49,832 nt of DNA, from the NCBI GenBank assembly GCA_945879785.1, contig CAMCVC010000002.1, forward strand, positions 1-49,832. The letters run 5' to 3'. The DNA is from Staphylococcus epidermidis (GTDB taxonomy: Bacteria; Bacillota_I; Bacilli_A; RFN20; CAG-826). How positions within the stretch are numbered: the first letter of the stretch is position 1; the number at the start of each line of letters is the position of its first letter. This document shows positions 17,738-28,532 of the stretch, one piece after another. Both the position numbers and the translations under genes were made by a program. The notes below the pieces were generated by a model, which saw only the letters and a program-made list of their open reading frames with translations, made no database searches and had not been told where the DNA came from.

Positions 17738-19439
17738 AGCAAATTCCTCTTTCATTTTCAGCATCGGTTTCCGAATAAATACCACCGTCATTAAACCGAT
17801 AGGCATAAGCACAATCTTCATCGATTAAACGTTGACGTTGGAATTCTTGATATTCTAAGAATTCAATATAGCTATTCCAAGTATTTAATTCTTGTAAATC
17901 TTGATCAAAGGCAGCACTACGACGTGTGACATCCATGTAGCGTAAAACTGCATCTTCTAAATCTTCATCAATAAAGGTAACTTCTTGTTCGGAAATTAAT
18001 TGTTCTAACATTCTAAAGTTGAAGAAACGATCAAAGTTACGAATTTCATTCTTCACAGTTTCTGATCGAGTTTTATAGTTGGCTGTGGTTGTCACATTAA
18101 AGTTGACAAATGTTACCAAATCTTCACCATCTGCTGTTGGATAATTTGGGGTTCCTGGAATTTCAGTGGTGTAATAATCTTCTAAGGAAACACCATTTTG
18201 AATATCCACTAAGGCTGAACGTTCCACCACAATAAAGTGAATCCCTTGATAGCCACTTTCACCGCTTCCGGTTCCAGCACGAACCACCAAGATGACTCGA
18301 CCATTTTCATCCGTTAAAACACGTTGTCCACCAAGTTCGGTGACGTTTTGGAATCCAGTGTATATATAATCTCCACCACCGCGGCTTTCAGGAGTGACCA
18401 CAGAAATATTATGACGATTGAAGTATTGATTAAAGATGATATTTCTTGGGAAATACATTGAATCATTGTTGTTGACTGGGTTTCCATTTGAATCCTTGGT
18501 GACGTTTGCAAAGTCATTTAAAGAGACGAATGCATGGAAAGGAATAGTTCCTAATCCTAATTCATCAAAGAATTCAAAGGCAGTTTCTGGGACATTCAAG
18601 TCATCGGCTTTACTAACAACTTCTGCATTTTGATTAAAGACAGCGTCATAGGCATAGACACCTAATTTAAATTCATTCACAAAACTGGTTGCTTTGGACA
18701 TAATGCCTAAGTCACCAAATTGCTCTTTAGAACCATCTTCACTCATTTCACGAGCGACTTCACCAAAGGTTTCACCATTTTGTTGAATGGCTAAACGGTT
18801 CGCAACTGCAAAGAGTTTTTTGGCTTCTGCTTCGGAGATTCGACCATTATATAGATCAGCTCCTGCGGCAGAAACTTTCACCAAGATGTGCTTGACGTGG
18901 TATGGCAAACGTTCATTTAAGTAACCAGGTCCAAAATCGTTACCAGTTAAAAAGCTTTCTTTATTATCATCAAAGAAACGATCTTCGACTTCTTGCTTCA
19001 TGGTGCGGTAAGCAAAGTAATCTTTTAATTCTTCTAAATCCTCAACATTATAAGATTCGAACAATGTTTCTAATTCATCGTTGTAATTGGTTCCATTAGT
19101 AGAAGCATTGGTACGGGCGGTTTCTTTAACCCCGTCAACACTAATGTCGGCTTTACGAAGAATTTCCGCTCGTAAGGCTTGAGTCGTTGCATCTTCTTGA
19201 TTGATTTGGTTACGAATAACCAATTCAGTCACCGATTCAACGAACTTAGAAACACCAAATTCATTATTTTGGTATTGTCCAAAGAGGGCATCCGCTGTGT
19301 AACCAGTAACTCCCCCATCTTTGTCTTTCATGGTAATAACAAAACCATCACTATTTTCTGTAACAGGATTTGTGCATGCACTTAAAGTGACAAGCGTTGC
19401 CAGCGCAAATGATGCGATGGCGAATTTCGTACGATTCAT
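17724..19439 (-). CDS. PrsA-like lipoprotein with PpiC/parvulin-type peptidyl-prolyl isomerase domain
   Basis: 571 aa. Signal peptide with lipobox LSAC. Parvulin core HVKHILVKV...FGEVAREMSEDGSKEQFGDLGIMSKATSFVNEF. SD GGAGG. Confidence 0.8.
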   Translation of the reverse strand: MNRTKFAIASFALATLVTLSACTNPVTENSDGFVITMKDKDGGVTGYTADALFGQYQNNEFGVSKFVESVTELVIRNQINQEDATTQALRAEILRKADISVDGVKETARTNASTNGTNYNDELETLFESYNVEDLEELKDYFAYRTMKQEVEDRFFDDNKESFLTGNDFGPGYLNERLPYHVKHILVKVSAAGADLYNGRISEAEAKKLFAVANRLAIQQNGETFGEVAREMSEDGSKEQFGDLGIMSKATSFVNEFKLGVYAYDAVFNQNAEVVSKADDLNVPETAFEFFDELGLGTIPFHAFVSLNDFANVTKDSNGNPVNNNDSMYFPRNIIFNQYFNRHNISVVTPESRGGGDYIYTGFQNVTELGGQRVLTDENGRVILVVRAGTGSGESGYQGIHFIVVERSALVDIQNGVSLEDYYTTEIPGTPNYPTADGEDLVTFVNFNVTTTANYKTRSETVKNEIRNFDRFFNFRMLEQLISEQEVTFIDEDLEDAVLRYMDVTRRSAAFDQDLQELNTWNSYIEFLEYQEFQRQRLIDEDCAYAYRFNDGGIYSETDAENERGICYVQK

Positions 19440-19647
19440 TTCTTAAGAATCCTCCTAGCAATAAAGCATAGTTATTTTATAATTTTATATGGTCATATTC
19501 AACAAATATCTACTTAAGTTAACGTTAAACTTATTGTAGGTTGATTTATAAAGACCAAAATAACTTAAATTACTGCAAAAACAACATATCATATTGTTTG
19601 TGATATCCACTCCAATAACGTAAAATAAACCCTTGAAGGAGACAATC

Positions 19648-20496
19648 ATGTCAAAGTTAGAAATTAAGAATTTATGGGTTAAAGTTGCCAATATCAATAT
19701 ATTAAAGGGTGTCAACTTAATGATCAATGATCATGAGACTGTTGCGCTCTTGGGTCCTAATGGTCATGGCAAGTCTACATTATTATCTGCGATCATGGGT
19801 CACCCCAAGTATGAGATTACCGAAGGTGAAATCCTTTTGGATGGCAAAAATGTTCTTGATATGGAAGTGGATGAACGTTCAAAAGCAGGTTTATTTTTAG
19901 GGATGCAGCATCCTTCTGAGGTCCCTGGCGTCATCAATTCAGACTTTTTAAAGGCTGCGATTAACACCCGAAGAGAAAAACCAATTTCTTTGGTTGAATT
20001 ATACAAAAAGCTGGACGATGCCTCAAAACAAATGAAAATTCCAATGGAATTAAGTCACCGTCATCTCAACGAAGGTTTTTCAGGTGGTGAAAGAAAACGT
20101 AATGAAATTCTTCAATTATTACTGCTTCAGCCAAGTGTTGCCATGTTAGATGAAATTGATTCAGGTCTTGACGTGGATGCTCTTCAAACCGTTGCCAATG
20201 CAATTAAAAGAATTCAAAAAGAAACCAAAACAAGTTTTTTGATTATTTCTCACTATGCCCGCTTGTTCCAAATGATTCAACCAACCCGAGTGGTGGTCAT
20301 GATCAACGGTCGCGTGGCAGTTGAAGGCGGTCCAGAAGTGATCACTAAGATTGATGGTTCAGGGTATGAATGGTTAACCAAAGAATATGGCATTAGCATT
20401 AAAAAGGAAGACAAAGATGCCAAACCTTTCTCAATGAACACGATTTCGATTGGCGCTTGTGCTACCAACGAGGTTGCCAACCATGCCAAGAAATAA
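19648..20496 (+). CDS. sufC: Fe-S cluster assembly ATPase SufC
   Basis: Start trimmed to the ATG at 19648 behind AAGGAG. Walker A GPNGHGKST and signature FSGGERKRNEILQ. Confidence 0.95.
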   Translation: MSKLEIKNLWVKVANINILKGVNLMINDHETVALLGPNGHGKSTLLSAIMGHPKYEITEGEILLDGKNVLDMEVDERSKAGLFLGMQHPSEVPGVINSDFLKAAINTRREKPISLVELYKKLDDASKQMKIPMELSHRHLNEGFSGGERKRNEILQLLLLQPSVAMLDEIDSGLDVDALQTVANAIKRIQKETKTSFLIISHYARLFQMIQPTRVVVMINGRVAVEGGPEVITKIDGSGYEWLTKEYGISIKKEDKDAKPFSMNTISIGACATNEVANHAKK

Positions 20497-21304
20497 ACTC
20501 GTTGCGAATCAACAGGTTTATCACATTCCTTCTTCTAGAGAACGGGTGAGTTATTTTCTTGATTTAAATGAAGTTAAAAAATCGCCAATCCACTTAGTCA
20601 TTGCCCCAGAGGCTGATCTTGATTTATTGATTCAAAATGGCACCGAAGATGTGGTGATTGAAGTCGATATCGCCGATCAAGTTCGCGGAAAAATTCAATT
20701 TGCCATGTTTGGCAAAAACAAGAACTTAACCTGGAATGCATCGGTTGGATCGAATGTTCAAATAGATGCTGCCATTGCCGATTTTACAGAAGGAAAAGGC
20801 AAAGTTTTCATTCGTTTTGACATGTTAGGTAGAGATTCACAACTTGAATGGAGAACTGCCGCGTTGGCAAGTCATCAAGACCGTAAATTTTATTCGGTTA
20901 ATTTTACCCACAAGAATTTTAATACCTATGCGAACATGACCAATTATGGGGTCACCGAAGGCAACAGTAGTTTACAGTTTACTGGCACGGGTCACATCTT
21001 AAACGGCGCAAAGTTTTCAAAAACTCATCAAGCGGCAAAAATCATGGTCTTTGATGAAAAATGTTTTGGTCGCGCGGATCCTGTGCTAAAGATTGATGAA
21101 AATGAAGTCGAAGCGTCCCATGCTGCCACCGTGGGTCGAGTCAATGAAGAACATCTTTACTATCTTCAATCGCGAGGCTTAAGCAAAAAAGAAGCAAAAA
21201 GAATTATCACTCTTGGATATTTACAACCTATCATCGCCTATTTTACCGATGAAACCATCCAAGCTCAGCTATCCTCACAAATCGATATTGGCAAGAAAGA
21301 ATGA
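20483..21304 (+). CDS. sufD: Fe-S cluster assembly protein SufD (short form)
   Basis: Start trimmed to the ATG at 20483 (GAGG upstream; overlaps the sufC stop). The C-terminal region EASHAATVGRVNEEHLYYLQSRGLSKKEA is typical of the SufB/SufD family. Position between sufC and sufS. Confidence 0.85.
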   Translation: MPRNKLVANQQVYHIPSSRERVSYFLDLNEVKKSPIHLVIAPEADLDLLIQNGTEDVVIEVDIADQVRGKIQFAMFGKNKNLTWNASVGSNVQIDAAIADFTEGKGKVFIRFDMLGRDSQLEWRTAALASHQDRKFYSVNFTHKNFNTYANMTNYGVTEGNSSLQFTGTGHILNGAKFSKTHQAAKIMVFDEKCFGRADPVLKIDENEVEASHAATVGRVNEEHLYYLQSRGLSKKEAKRIITLGYLQPIIAYFTDETIQAQLSSQIDIGKKE

Positions 21305-22524
21305 CCATCAAAGACATTCGTCGGGATTTCCCTATTTTGAAAAAAAAGTTCAAAGGTAAAACTTTGGCGTATTTTGATAATGCAGCGACGAGTCTAAAAC
21401 CATTGCCTGTGATTCGCGCCATCAATCATTATTATTTAGATTTGCCTGTCAATGCTGGCCGAGGAGAATACGATTTGTCTTTTGCTCTAGAAAAAGAAAT
21501 TGACCAAGCAAGAGCATTGGTTGCGACGTTTATTCACGCAACCCCTAAAGAAATTATCTTTACCACTGGCACAACCATGGGCATCAACATGATTGCCCAA
21601 AGTTATGCGATGAATGTCCTTACGAAGGGTGATGAAATCATCATCACCGAATCTGAGCATGCGGCAAACGTTTTACCATGGTATCAAGTGGTAGAAAAAA
21701 CCGGTGCAAAACTGATCATCTTAGATTTAGATCAAGAGCAACGTTTAACTCCAACGTTGCTAAAACCGTATTTAAATTCAAAAACAAAAATCGTTTCTTT
21801 TGCCGATGTCAGCAATGTGCTTGGAACAAAAACCGACGTTCAATCCATTGCTCAAATGGTTCATGAGGTTGGCGGTCTGGTGATTGTCGATGGGGCGCAA
21901 TCGGTTCCTCATTTCCCGACCAATGTCAGCGAACTTGGCATTGATTTTTTAGTCTTCTCTGGCCATAAAATGTTAGGCCCAACAGGCATTGGTGTTTTGT
22001 ATGGGAAACTTGCCTTACTAGAAAAAATGAAACCCTTTTATACGGGGGGCGGCATGTCGCTTCGTTATAACAAAAAACAAGAAGTGAAGTATGCCCCCAT
22101 CCCCCAAATATTTGAAGCAGGAACGCAACATTGGTCGGGCATTATTGGCTTAAGTGCAGCGATCAACTATTTGCAACGCGTTGGTTTTGATTTTATTCAT
22201 GCACAAGAAACAAAACTAAGACAGCACGCGCTTGCTGGTCTTAAAAAGATTGCTCATGTCCAAGTTTATAACGATAAAGCGGAAGCAGCGATCCTTGCCT
22301 TTAATATCAAAGGGGTTAACCCACAAGATGCTGCCACCTATTTTAATAGCCAAGGGATTGCTGTTCGTTCAGGTCAGCATTGTGCTCGTAACTTGGTCGA
22401 GTATTTAAAAACTGACGGAACCGTTCGTTGGTCTGCCTATTTTTATAACACCATTGAAGAGGTTGACCGATTTTTAAAGGCTGCTGAAGATGGGAGGAAT
22501 TTTCTTGATGCATACTTTCAATGA
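21301..22524 (+). CDS. sufS: Cysteine desulfurase SufS (class II aminotransferase V)
   Basis: 407 aa. PLP-lysine region FSGHKMLGPTGIG and catalytic Cys in RSGQHCA. 4-nt overlap with sufD. Confidence 0.95.
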   Translation: MTIKDIRRDFPILKKKFKGKTLAYFDNAATSLKPLPVIRAINHYYLDLPVNAGRGEYDLSFALEKEIDQARALVATFIHATPKEIIFTTGTTMGINMIAQSYAMNVLTKGDEIIITESEHAANVLPWYQVVEKTGAKLIILDLDQEQRLTPTLLKPYLNSKTKIVSFADVSNVLGTKTDVQSIAQMVHEVGGLVIVDGAQSVPHFPTNVSELGIDFLVFSGHKMLGPTGIGVLYGKLALLEKMKPFYTGGGMSLRYNKKQEVKYAPIPQIFEAGTQHWSGIIGLSAAINYLQRVGFDFIHAQETKLRQHALAGLKKIAHVQVYNDKAEAAILAFNIKGVNPQDAATYFNSQGIAVRSGQHCARNLVEYLKTDGTVRWSAYFYNTIEEVDRFLKAAEDGRNFLDAYFQ

Positions 22525-22942
22525 TCCGATTGTGATGCGCCAAGTGATCATGGATCATTATGAGCATCCACGAAATAAGTTCAAACTAAACCTTCCAGGG
22601 GCTCGCACCATCCATATGGATACCGCAGGTTGTATCGATGATATCGATGTGAATATTGTGATCGAACGTGGCATAATTAAAGCGCTTAGTTTTGATGGAG
22701 TTGCTTGTACCATCTCAACCGCATCCACGTCCATCATGACTGAGTTGATTGAAGGAAAGACATTAGAAGAAGCAACGTATATCGTTGATCAATATATCAA
22801 GATGATTCATGCTCAACCATATGATGAGTCGGTGTTGGGTGAAGCAATGGTCTTTCAAAACACGCATAAACAAGCAAGTCGCATTAAATGCGCAACCCTT
22901 GGTTGGCAAGGGTTATCCCAATTATTAAAGGAGAAAAAATAA
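22508..22942 (+). CDS. sufU: Sulfur-transfer scaffold protein SufU
   Basis: Start trimmed to the ATG at 22508 (GGAGG 10 nt upstream). Conserved Cys/Asp ligands lie in AGCIDDI, GVACTIS and IKCATLGW. Confidence 0.9.
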   Translation: MHTFNDPIVMRQVIMDHYEHPRNKFKLNLPGARTIHMDTAGCIDDIDVNIVIERGIIKALSFDGVACTISTASTSIMTELIEGKTLEEATYIVDQYIKMIHAQPYDESVLGEAMVFQNTHKQASRIKCATLGWQGLSQLLKEKK

Positions 22943-22943
22943 C

Positions 22944-24341
22944 ATGGATAAAGATAATATTCCCCAAGACGAATACCGTTACGGGTTTAATGATAAAGAC
23001 GTGTCGATCATGAAGACTGACAAGGGTATCAGTGAAGCCATCGTCAGACAAATTTCTCGTCTTAAAAAAGAACCCAAATGGATGGAAGAAAAACGGGTGG
23101 AAGCCTTTAAAATTTTCCAAGGGTTAAGTTTACCTAAATTTGGACCTGATTTAAGCTTTATTGATTTTCAAACGTACACCTATTACACCAAACCTTCAGA
23201 ACGCGAAGAAACCACCTGGGATAAAGTTCCTGTCACGATCAAGAAAACCTTTGAAAAATTAGGCATTCCTGAAGCTGAAGCCAAGTATTTATCCGGTGTC
23301 ACCACCCAATATGAATCTGAAGTTGTTTACCATTCGATGCTCAAAGAAGTTGAAGATAAGGGCATTAAATTTTTATCCACGGATGAAGGATTAAAACAAT
23401 TCCCGGAATTATTTGAAAAGTATTTTGCTTCCGTGATTGCCATTAACGATAACAAGTTTGCCGCTCTGAATACGGCAGTTTGGTCTGGTGGGTCGTTTAT
23501 TTATGTCCCTAAGAATGTTCATTTAGAAAAACCACTTCAAGCTTATTTTAGAATCAACAATGAAAAGACTGGTCAATTTGAACGGACATTAATCATTGTC
23601 GATGAAGGTGCGAGCGTCAATTATGTTGAAGGCTGCACCGCGCCGATTTATGCGATGGAATCATTACATGCTGCGGTGGTGGAAATTGTGGTTTTACCGA
23701 ACGCAAAATGCCGATATACCACCATCCAAAATTGGTCGCCCAATGTATTAAACCTTGTCACCAAACGTGCTTATTGCCATGAGTTTGCGCAAATGGAATG
23801 GATTGATGGCAACATTGGTTCGATGAAAAACATGAAGTATCCTGCCGTTGTTTTAGGTGGTCGAGGTTCTAAAGGAACGGTGATTTCGATTGCCGTTGCC
23901 GGAAAAGGCCAAGAACAAGATGCAGGCGCAAGAATGATTCATTTGGCCCCAGACACCTCCTCAACCATTGTTTCTAAAACGATTGTTAGAAATGGTGGGG
24001 TGAGTAATTATCGCGGCACTGTTCGTATTCACCCGGAAGCAATCAATTCCAAAAATCATACGGAATGTGACACGCTCATTTTAGATGGTTTTTCTAAAGC
24101 GGATACCATTCCTAAAGACGAAGTGTTAAACAACGAATCGTTTATCGAACACGAAGCAACCGTGAGTAAAATTTCTGAAGATCAATTGTTCTATTTGATG
24201 TCACGTGGTTTATCCGAAGAAAACGCCACGCAAATGATTATCATGGGATTCATTGAACCTTTCTCACGCGAATTACCGATGGAATATGCCGTTGAATTAA
24301 ATCATTTGATCAAACTAGAGATGGAAGGTAGTGTCGGCTAA
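22944..24341 (+). CDS. sufB: Fe-S cluster assembly scaffold SufB
   Basis: 465 aa. Conserved SufB core ([42 protein letters not shown]). Confidence 0.95.
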   Translation: MDKDNIPQDEYRYGFNDKDVSIMKTDKGISEAIVRQISRLKKEPKWMEEKRVEAFKIFQGLSLPKFGPDLSFIDFQTYTYYTKPSEREETTWDKVPVTIKKTFEKLGIPEAEAKYLSGVTTQYESEVVYHSMLKEVEDKGIKFLSTDEGLKQFPELFEKYFASVIAINDNKFAALNTAVWSGGSFIYVPKNVHLEKPLQAYFRINNEKTGQFERTLIIVDEGASVNYVEGCTAPIYAMESLHAAVVEIVVLPNAKCRYTTIQNWSPNVLNLVTKRAYCHEFAQMEWIDGNIGSMKNMKYPAVVLGGRGSKGTVISIAVAGKGQEQDAGARMIHLAPDTSSTIVSKTIVRNGGVSNYRGTVRIHPEAINSKNHTECDTLILDGFSKADTIPKDEVLNNESFIEHEATVSKISEDQLFYLMSRGLSEENATQMIIMGFIEPFSRELPMEYAVELNHLIKLEMEGSVG

Positions 24342-26238
24342 AAAGATGATGTCTCGTTTTGAAGTGATTGTGATTGGCGGTGGTCATGCTGGTTTAGAAG
24401 CAGCTTTTGCTGCTGCCAACATGGGCGCAAAAACGTTACTGATTACCCTGAATAAAAAAATGATGGGCAACATGCCCTGCAATCCTTCCATTGGCGGAAG
24501 TGCCAAAGGGATTGTGGTCAGAGAAATTGATGCCCTCGGTGGAAAAATGGGGATTGGTGCTGATGCTGAGTATTTGCAAATGAAAATGCTCAATACTGGT
24601 AAAGGTCCTGGCGTTCAATGTTTAAGGGCTCAAGTTGATAAAATTACTTACCCACGTTTCATGCAAAAATTAGCGGATGAAACTGAAAACCTCACCATAA
24701 GAGAAGCGATGGTGCTAGATTTACTTCATGATGATCACCACGTCTTTGGTGTGGTGTTATCAACGGGAGAAAAAATTGAATCCGATGCAGTTATTTTAAC
24801 CACAGGTACCTACATGGAATCGGAAGTATTGGTTGGTTTAACCAAGCGGTCGGCGGGACCCGATGGGGAAAACCCAAGTCTAGGATTATCACCTAACTTA
24901 GCCAACATGGGAATCGAACTCTTTCGTTTAAAAACCGGTACACCTCCTCGCATCAAACGAGACTCAATCGATTTTTCGAAAATGGATCCTCAATATCCAT
25001 CGGAAGGACCTTTGGTCTTTTCTACACAAACCAACAAAATAAAACCGTTTGCAGACCAAGCGTTATGTTACTTAATTCATACCCAACCAACTACCCATCA
25101 AATCATTCGTGATAATTTAAAAAAATCCGCGATGTTTGGTGGCTTAGTCACTGGAGTTGGCCCACGTTATTGTCCTTCCATTGAAGACAAAGTTGTTCGC
25201 TTTGCAGACAAAGAACGTCATCAATTGTTTATCGAACCAGAATCCGCGGAAACAGATTCCATGTATCTACAAGGTTTTTCCACCTCGATGCCACCTGAGA
25301 TTCAAGAAAAAATGGTCCGATCATTACCAGGATTAGAAAAAGCTGTGTTTTTAAAATATGCTTACGCGATTGAGTATGATGCGATTGTTCCTACTCAATT
25401 TGATTTAACCTTGCAAGTTAAAAAGTGGCCAGGTCTATATGGTGCTGGGCAAATTTTTGGCACATCGGGTTATGAAGAAGCTGCCGGTGCCGGGATCATG
25501 GCAGGCATTAATGCGGTCAGAAGAATCAGACAATTACCACCAGTGATTCTTCGTCGAGATCAAGCTTATATCGGGGTGATGATTGATGACCTTGTTACCA
25601 AAGGAACGCAAGAACCTTACCGGTTGTTATCCTCACGTGCGGAATATCGACTTTTGATCCGTCATGATAATGCCGAATCACGCTTAACCGAGATTGGTTA
25701 TCAAATTGGATTAGTTAAAGAAAAACAATATGCTATTTTCCAACGTCAACAAAAGCAAATGAAAGACTTAGAATTACACCTTAAGAGCATTTCCGTTAGA
25801 CCCAATCCTTCCATCAATGCATTTTTAGCATCATTGAATCAAGGTGCATTACAAGGTGGGATTACCGCCTATGAATTGTTACGTAGGCCACAAATTCACT
25901 TCCAAGACTTGCCTCCTTTTTTTCCAACATTAGGAGAATGGGTGATTGATGAAACTTTGTTAAATCAACTTGAAATCAATATCAAGTTTGTTGGATATTT
26001 GGACAAAGAAATTAAACAAGCACAAGCTTTTTCAAAATACGAAGATTTAACCATTCCTCATACGATTGACTATCATGCCATGGCAGGCATGGCGATGGAA
26101 GCAAGACAAAAACTAGACAAAGTCAGACCGCTGACCATTGGCCAAGCATCGCGTATTTCAGGGGTCAATCCAAGTGATATTTCGTTGTTGGTGATGCAAA
26201 TCAAAAGGGGAACGTTCTATGGAAATCGCCCAGCTTAA
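24331..26238 (+). CDS. mnmG: tRNA uridine-5-carboxymethylaminomethyl modification enzyme MnmG (GidA)
   Basis: FAD motif [14 protein letters not shown] and a conserved GidA core and C-terminus. The start is uncertain: GTG 24331 or ATG 24346/24349. Confidence 0.93.
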   Translation: MSAKKMMSRFEVIVIGGGHAGLEAAFAAANMGAKTLLITLNKKMMGNMPCNPSIGGSAKGIVVREIDALGGKMGIGADAEYLQMKMLNTGKGPGVQCLRAQVDKITYPRFMQKLADETENLTIREAMVLDLLHDDHHVFGVVLSTGEKIESDAVILTTGTYMESEVLVGLTKRSAGPDGENPSLGLSPNLANMGIELFRLKTGTPPRIKRDSIDFSKMDPQYPSEGPLVFSTQTNKIKPFADQALCYLIHTQPTTHQIIRDNLKKSAMFGGLVTGVGPRYCPSIEDKVVRFADKERHQLFIEPESAETDSMYLQGFSTSMPPEIQEKMVRSLPGLEKAVFLKYAYAIEYDAIVPTQFDLTLQVKKWPGLYGAGQIFGTSGYEEAAGAGIMAGINAVRRIRQLPPVILRRDQAYIGVMIDDLVTKGTQEPYRLLSSRAEYRLLIRHDNAESRLTEIGYQIGLVKEKQYAIFQRQQKQMKDLELHLKSISVRPNPSINAFLASLNQGALQGGITAYELLRRPQIHFQDLPPFFPTLGEWVIDETLLNQLEINIKFVGYLDKEIKQAQAFSKYEDLTIPHTIDYHAMAGMAMEARQKLDKVRPLTIGQASRISGVNPSDISLLVMQIKRGTFYGNRPA

Positions 26239-26926
26239 ACTTGCCCTGAGCCAACTTGGGATTGCATTTAACGACGATCAACTCAAGACACTGGATCAGT
26301 TTGCTTCCATGGTGAATCGGACTAACCAATCTTTTAATTTAACCGCCCATGAAACGATTGAAATGATTAGAGAAAAAGGTATTTACGATAGTTTATGTTT
26401 TCCTCTTTCTCAAGGGAAAGGCAAAGGTCGAATGCTTGATTTAGGATCAGGGGCAGGGTTTCCTGGTATTCCTTTAAACATTATCTACCCGCAATTTTCA
26501 ATGACATTATTAGAACCAACCCTGAAGAAAGCTGCTTTCTTGACTGAAGTGATTGCCGCATTACAACTTAAAAAAATCAATGTGATCAGTCAACGTGCAG
26601 AAGTATTGGCTAGAAGTGAAGACTTCAAACCTTTTGATCTTGTGGTCGCAAGGGCAGTGGCTCCTTTACCAATTTTACTTGAATTGATGATTCCCCTTCT
26701 TAAAGTTGGTGGCCAAGCGCTTGTGTATAAGGGAAAAGATTACCTATCTGAAATTGCTTTATCTAAACATGCTTTAAGTGTGTTGGGAGCATCGATTGTT
26801 GAAGTTAAGACGCATCGATTGCCTACGGAACACGAACAACGATCGTTATTAATCATTGAAAAAAACTCAGAAACCTCCACCGTTTATCCTCGAATGTTTT
26901 CACAGATTAAAAAAACTCCTTTATAA
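26219..26926 (+). CDS. rsmG: 16S rRNA (guanine527-N7)-methyltransferase RsmG (GidB)
   Basis: 235 aa. SAM motif LDLGSGAGFPGIPL. Follows mnmG with a 20-nt overlap. Confidence 0.9.
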   Translation: MEIAQLKLALSQLGIAFNDDQLKTLDQFASMVNRTNQSFNLTAHETIEMIREKGIYDSLCFPLSQGKGKGRMLDLGSGAGFPGIPLNIIYPQFSMTLLEPTLKKAAFLTEVIAALQLKKINVISQRAEVLARSEDFKPFDLVVARAVAPLPILLELMIPLLKVGGQALVYKGKDYLSEIALSKHALSVLGASIVEVKTHRLPTEHEQRSLLIIEKNSETSTVYPRMFSQIKKTPL

Positions 26927-26935
26927 TAAGGGTAC

Positions 26936-27709
26936 ATGGGAAAAGTCATCGCCATCGCCAATCAAAAAGGCGGTGTAGGAAAAACAACAACGGCCATCTC
27001 GCTTGCCAGTGCCTTGGCGCAACTTGGTCACAAAGTTTTGCTCGTGGATCTTGATCCGCAAGGAAACTCAAGTCGAGGGGTGGGGATTGAAGTCGCCACA
27101 CTCAAAGAAAGTATTTATGATGTCTTGGCACATTCAACATCGATTCAAGAAGCCATTATTTATACGGCAATGAAATCGTTATCAGTTTTACCAGCATCCT
27201 TACAATTAGCAACCGTGGAAAGTGCGATTACCTCGCAATCATTAGATCAACCTTATGAGGTCTTAAAAACCGCCCTCACCAAAATTAAAGATCAATATGA
27301 ATACATGATTCTTGATTGTCCCCCATCGCTTGGATGGTTATCGGTCTCCGCGCTGATTGCCTGTGACAGTGTCATCATCCCAGTCCAATGTGAATATTTT
27401 GCGATGGAAGCGGTTGCCCAAATACTAGCAACCATTCAACAAGTTCAAAGAGATTATCATCCTGGATTAAAAATTGAAGGATTCTTATTAACCATGTATG
27501 ACCCAAGAACTCGGCTAGCCACTGAGATTTCTACAGAAGTTAGAGGCTTGTTCAAAGAAAATACATTCTATACACAAATTCCTCGTAATGTGTCTTTGGC
27601 AGAAGCAAGCGCCAAAGGCATGCCGATTCATTTGTATCGACCCACATCAAGTGGAGCAGAAGCTTATTCAGCTCTTGCGAAGGAGGTCATCGATCATGGC
27701 AGATCGTAA
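26936..27709 (+). CDS. parA: ParA/Soj chromosome-partitioning ATPase
   Basis: 257 aa. Deviant Walker [12 protein letters not shown] and [10 protein letters not shown]. Confidence 0.92.
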   Translation: MGKVIAIANQKGGVGKTTTAISLASALAQLGHKVLLVDLDPQGNSSRGVGIEVATLKESIYDVLAHSTSIQEAIIYTAMKSLSVLPASLQLATVESAITSQSLDQPYEVLKTALTKIKDQYEYMILDCPPSLGWLSVSALIACDSVIIPVQCEYFAMEAVAQILATIQQVQRDYHPGLKIEGFLLTMYDPRTRLATEISTEVRGLFKENTFYTQIPRNVSLAEASAKGMPIHLYRPTSSGAEAYSALAKEVIDHGRS

Positions 27710-28532
27710 ACCAATCATTAGTCAACGCTTATCAAGTTTAATTGATAAATATAGTTCAAGAGACATCGTTCAAAAACTTGAACAACAATTTAAATCACTT
27801 GCCAAAAGAGACCTCAATCCCTTGATGATTGATGATATTCCCGTGTTAAAAGAAGTCACCATTCGTAGTGATCAATTACGAGATTTATTAGAAACTTTAA
27901 CCGATAAACCAATCCTAAGTCCGTTGGTGGTTCGCCAAGTCAATGGTCGATATCAAATTGTCTTAGGAAGAAAAATTTGGTATGCGACAAAATTATTAAA
28001 GTTCCAAAAAGTTCCTGTGGTGATCACCACGATGTCGGATGAAGAAATGTTGTTGGTTCTATTAGCGTCATTAAGAGAAGAAGCGATTCAAAATGTCATG
28101 GCCATAGCTCTTGTCTGTGAAGCTTTGATTGAGGGTTATCAATACCGGCAAGTGGCGTTGGCAAAAATCATGCATTACTCACGATCACAAGTATCAAATA
28201 TTCTTCGATTGTTAAAGTTGCCTGTGTTTACAAGAAAACTGATCAACGCGCAAACCATCACGTATGGACATGCGAAAATCTTAGTTAGTTTAGATCCAGA
28301 ATTAATTGATACCTTGGTGATGAAATTAATCAAAGAGAAATTATCCGTCAGAGAGTTTGAAGCATTGGTCAAACAACATAAACCCCAAGTGGTGAATCCT
28401 GTGAATGAACAAAAAATTAAACAATTATTTGGTGGCCAAGTCACCACGACCAAAAAAAGTATTAAGTTTAGTTTTGATCAATCGGAAGACTTGATTGAGT
28501 TTGTTGATACACTCATCCATGGAAAAAAATAA
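27696..28532 (+). CDS. parB: ParB/Spo0J-like partition protein with a degenerate CTP-binding motif
   Basis: Start trimmed to the ATG at 27696 (AGGAGG 9 nt upstream). The ParB N-domain is recognisable ([19 protein letters not shown]), as is the HTH ([25 protein letters not shown]). GRKIWYA replaces the canonical GERRxRA. Confidence 0.8.
   Translation: MADRKPIISQRLSSLIDKYSSRDIVQKLEQQFKSLAKRDLNPLMIDDIPVLKEVTIRSDQLRDLLETLTDKPILSPLVVRQVNGRYQIVLGRKIWYATKLLKFQKVPVVITTMSDEEMLLVLLASLREEAIQNVMAIALVCEALIEGYQYRQVALAKIMHYSRSQVSNILRLLKLPVFTRKLINAQTITYGHAKILVSLDPELIDTLVMKLIKEKLSVREFEALVKQHKPQVVNPVNEQKIKQLFGGQVTTTKKSIKFSFDQSEDLIEFVDTLIHGKK

Noticed and set aside
19491-19541. A 16-codon ORF (MVIFNKYLLKLTLNLL) in the suf/lipoprotein intergenic region.
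   Set aside because: It has no SD, is AT-rich with a low-complexity product, and overlaps the palindrome that is more plausibly regulatory DNA.
26936-28532. A search for a parS site (TGTTNCACGTGAAACA-like) and for clustered DnaA boxes (TTATCCACA) near parAB that would indicate oriC.
   Set aside because: Reading by eye, I found no parS-like 16-mer. I found only isolated 8-of-9 DnaA-box matches inside coding sequence, for example GTATCCACA near 4681 and the complement of GTGGATAAA near 43071. That is consistent with chance. This is not a rigorous negative, and a pattern-matching scan should be run.
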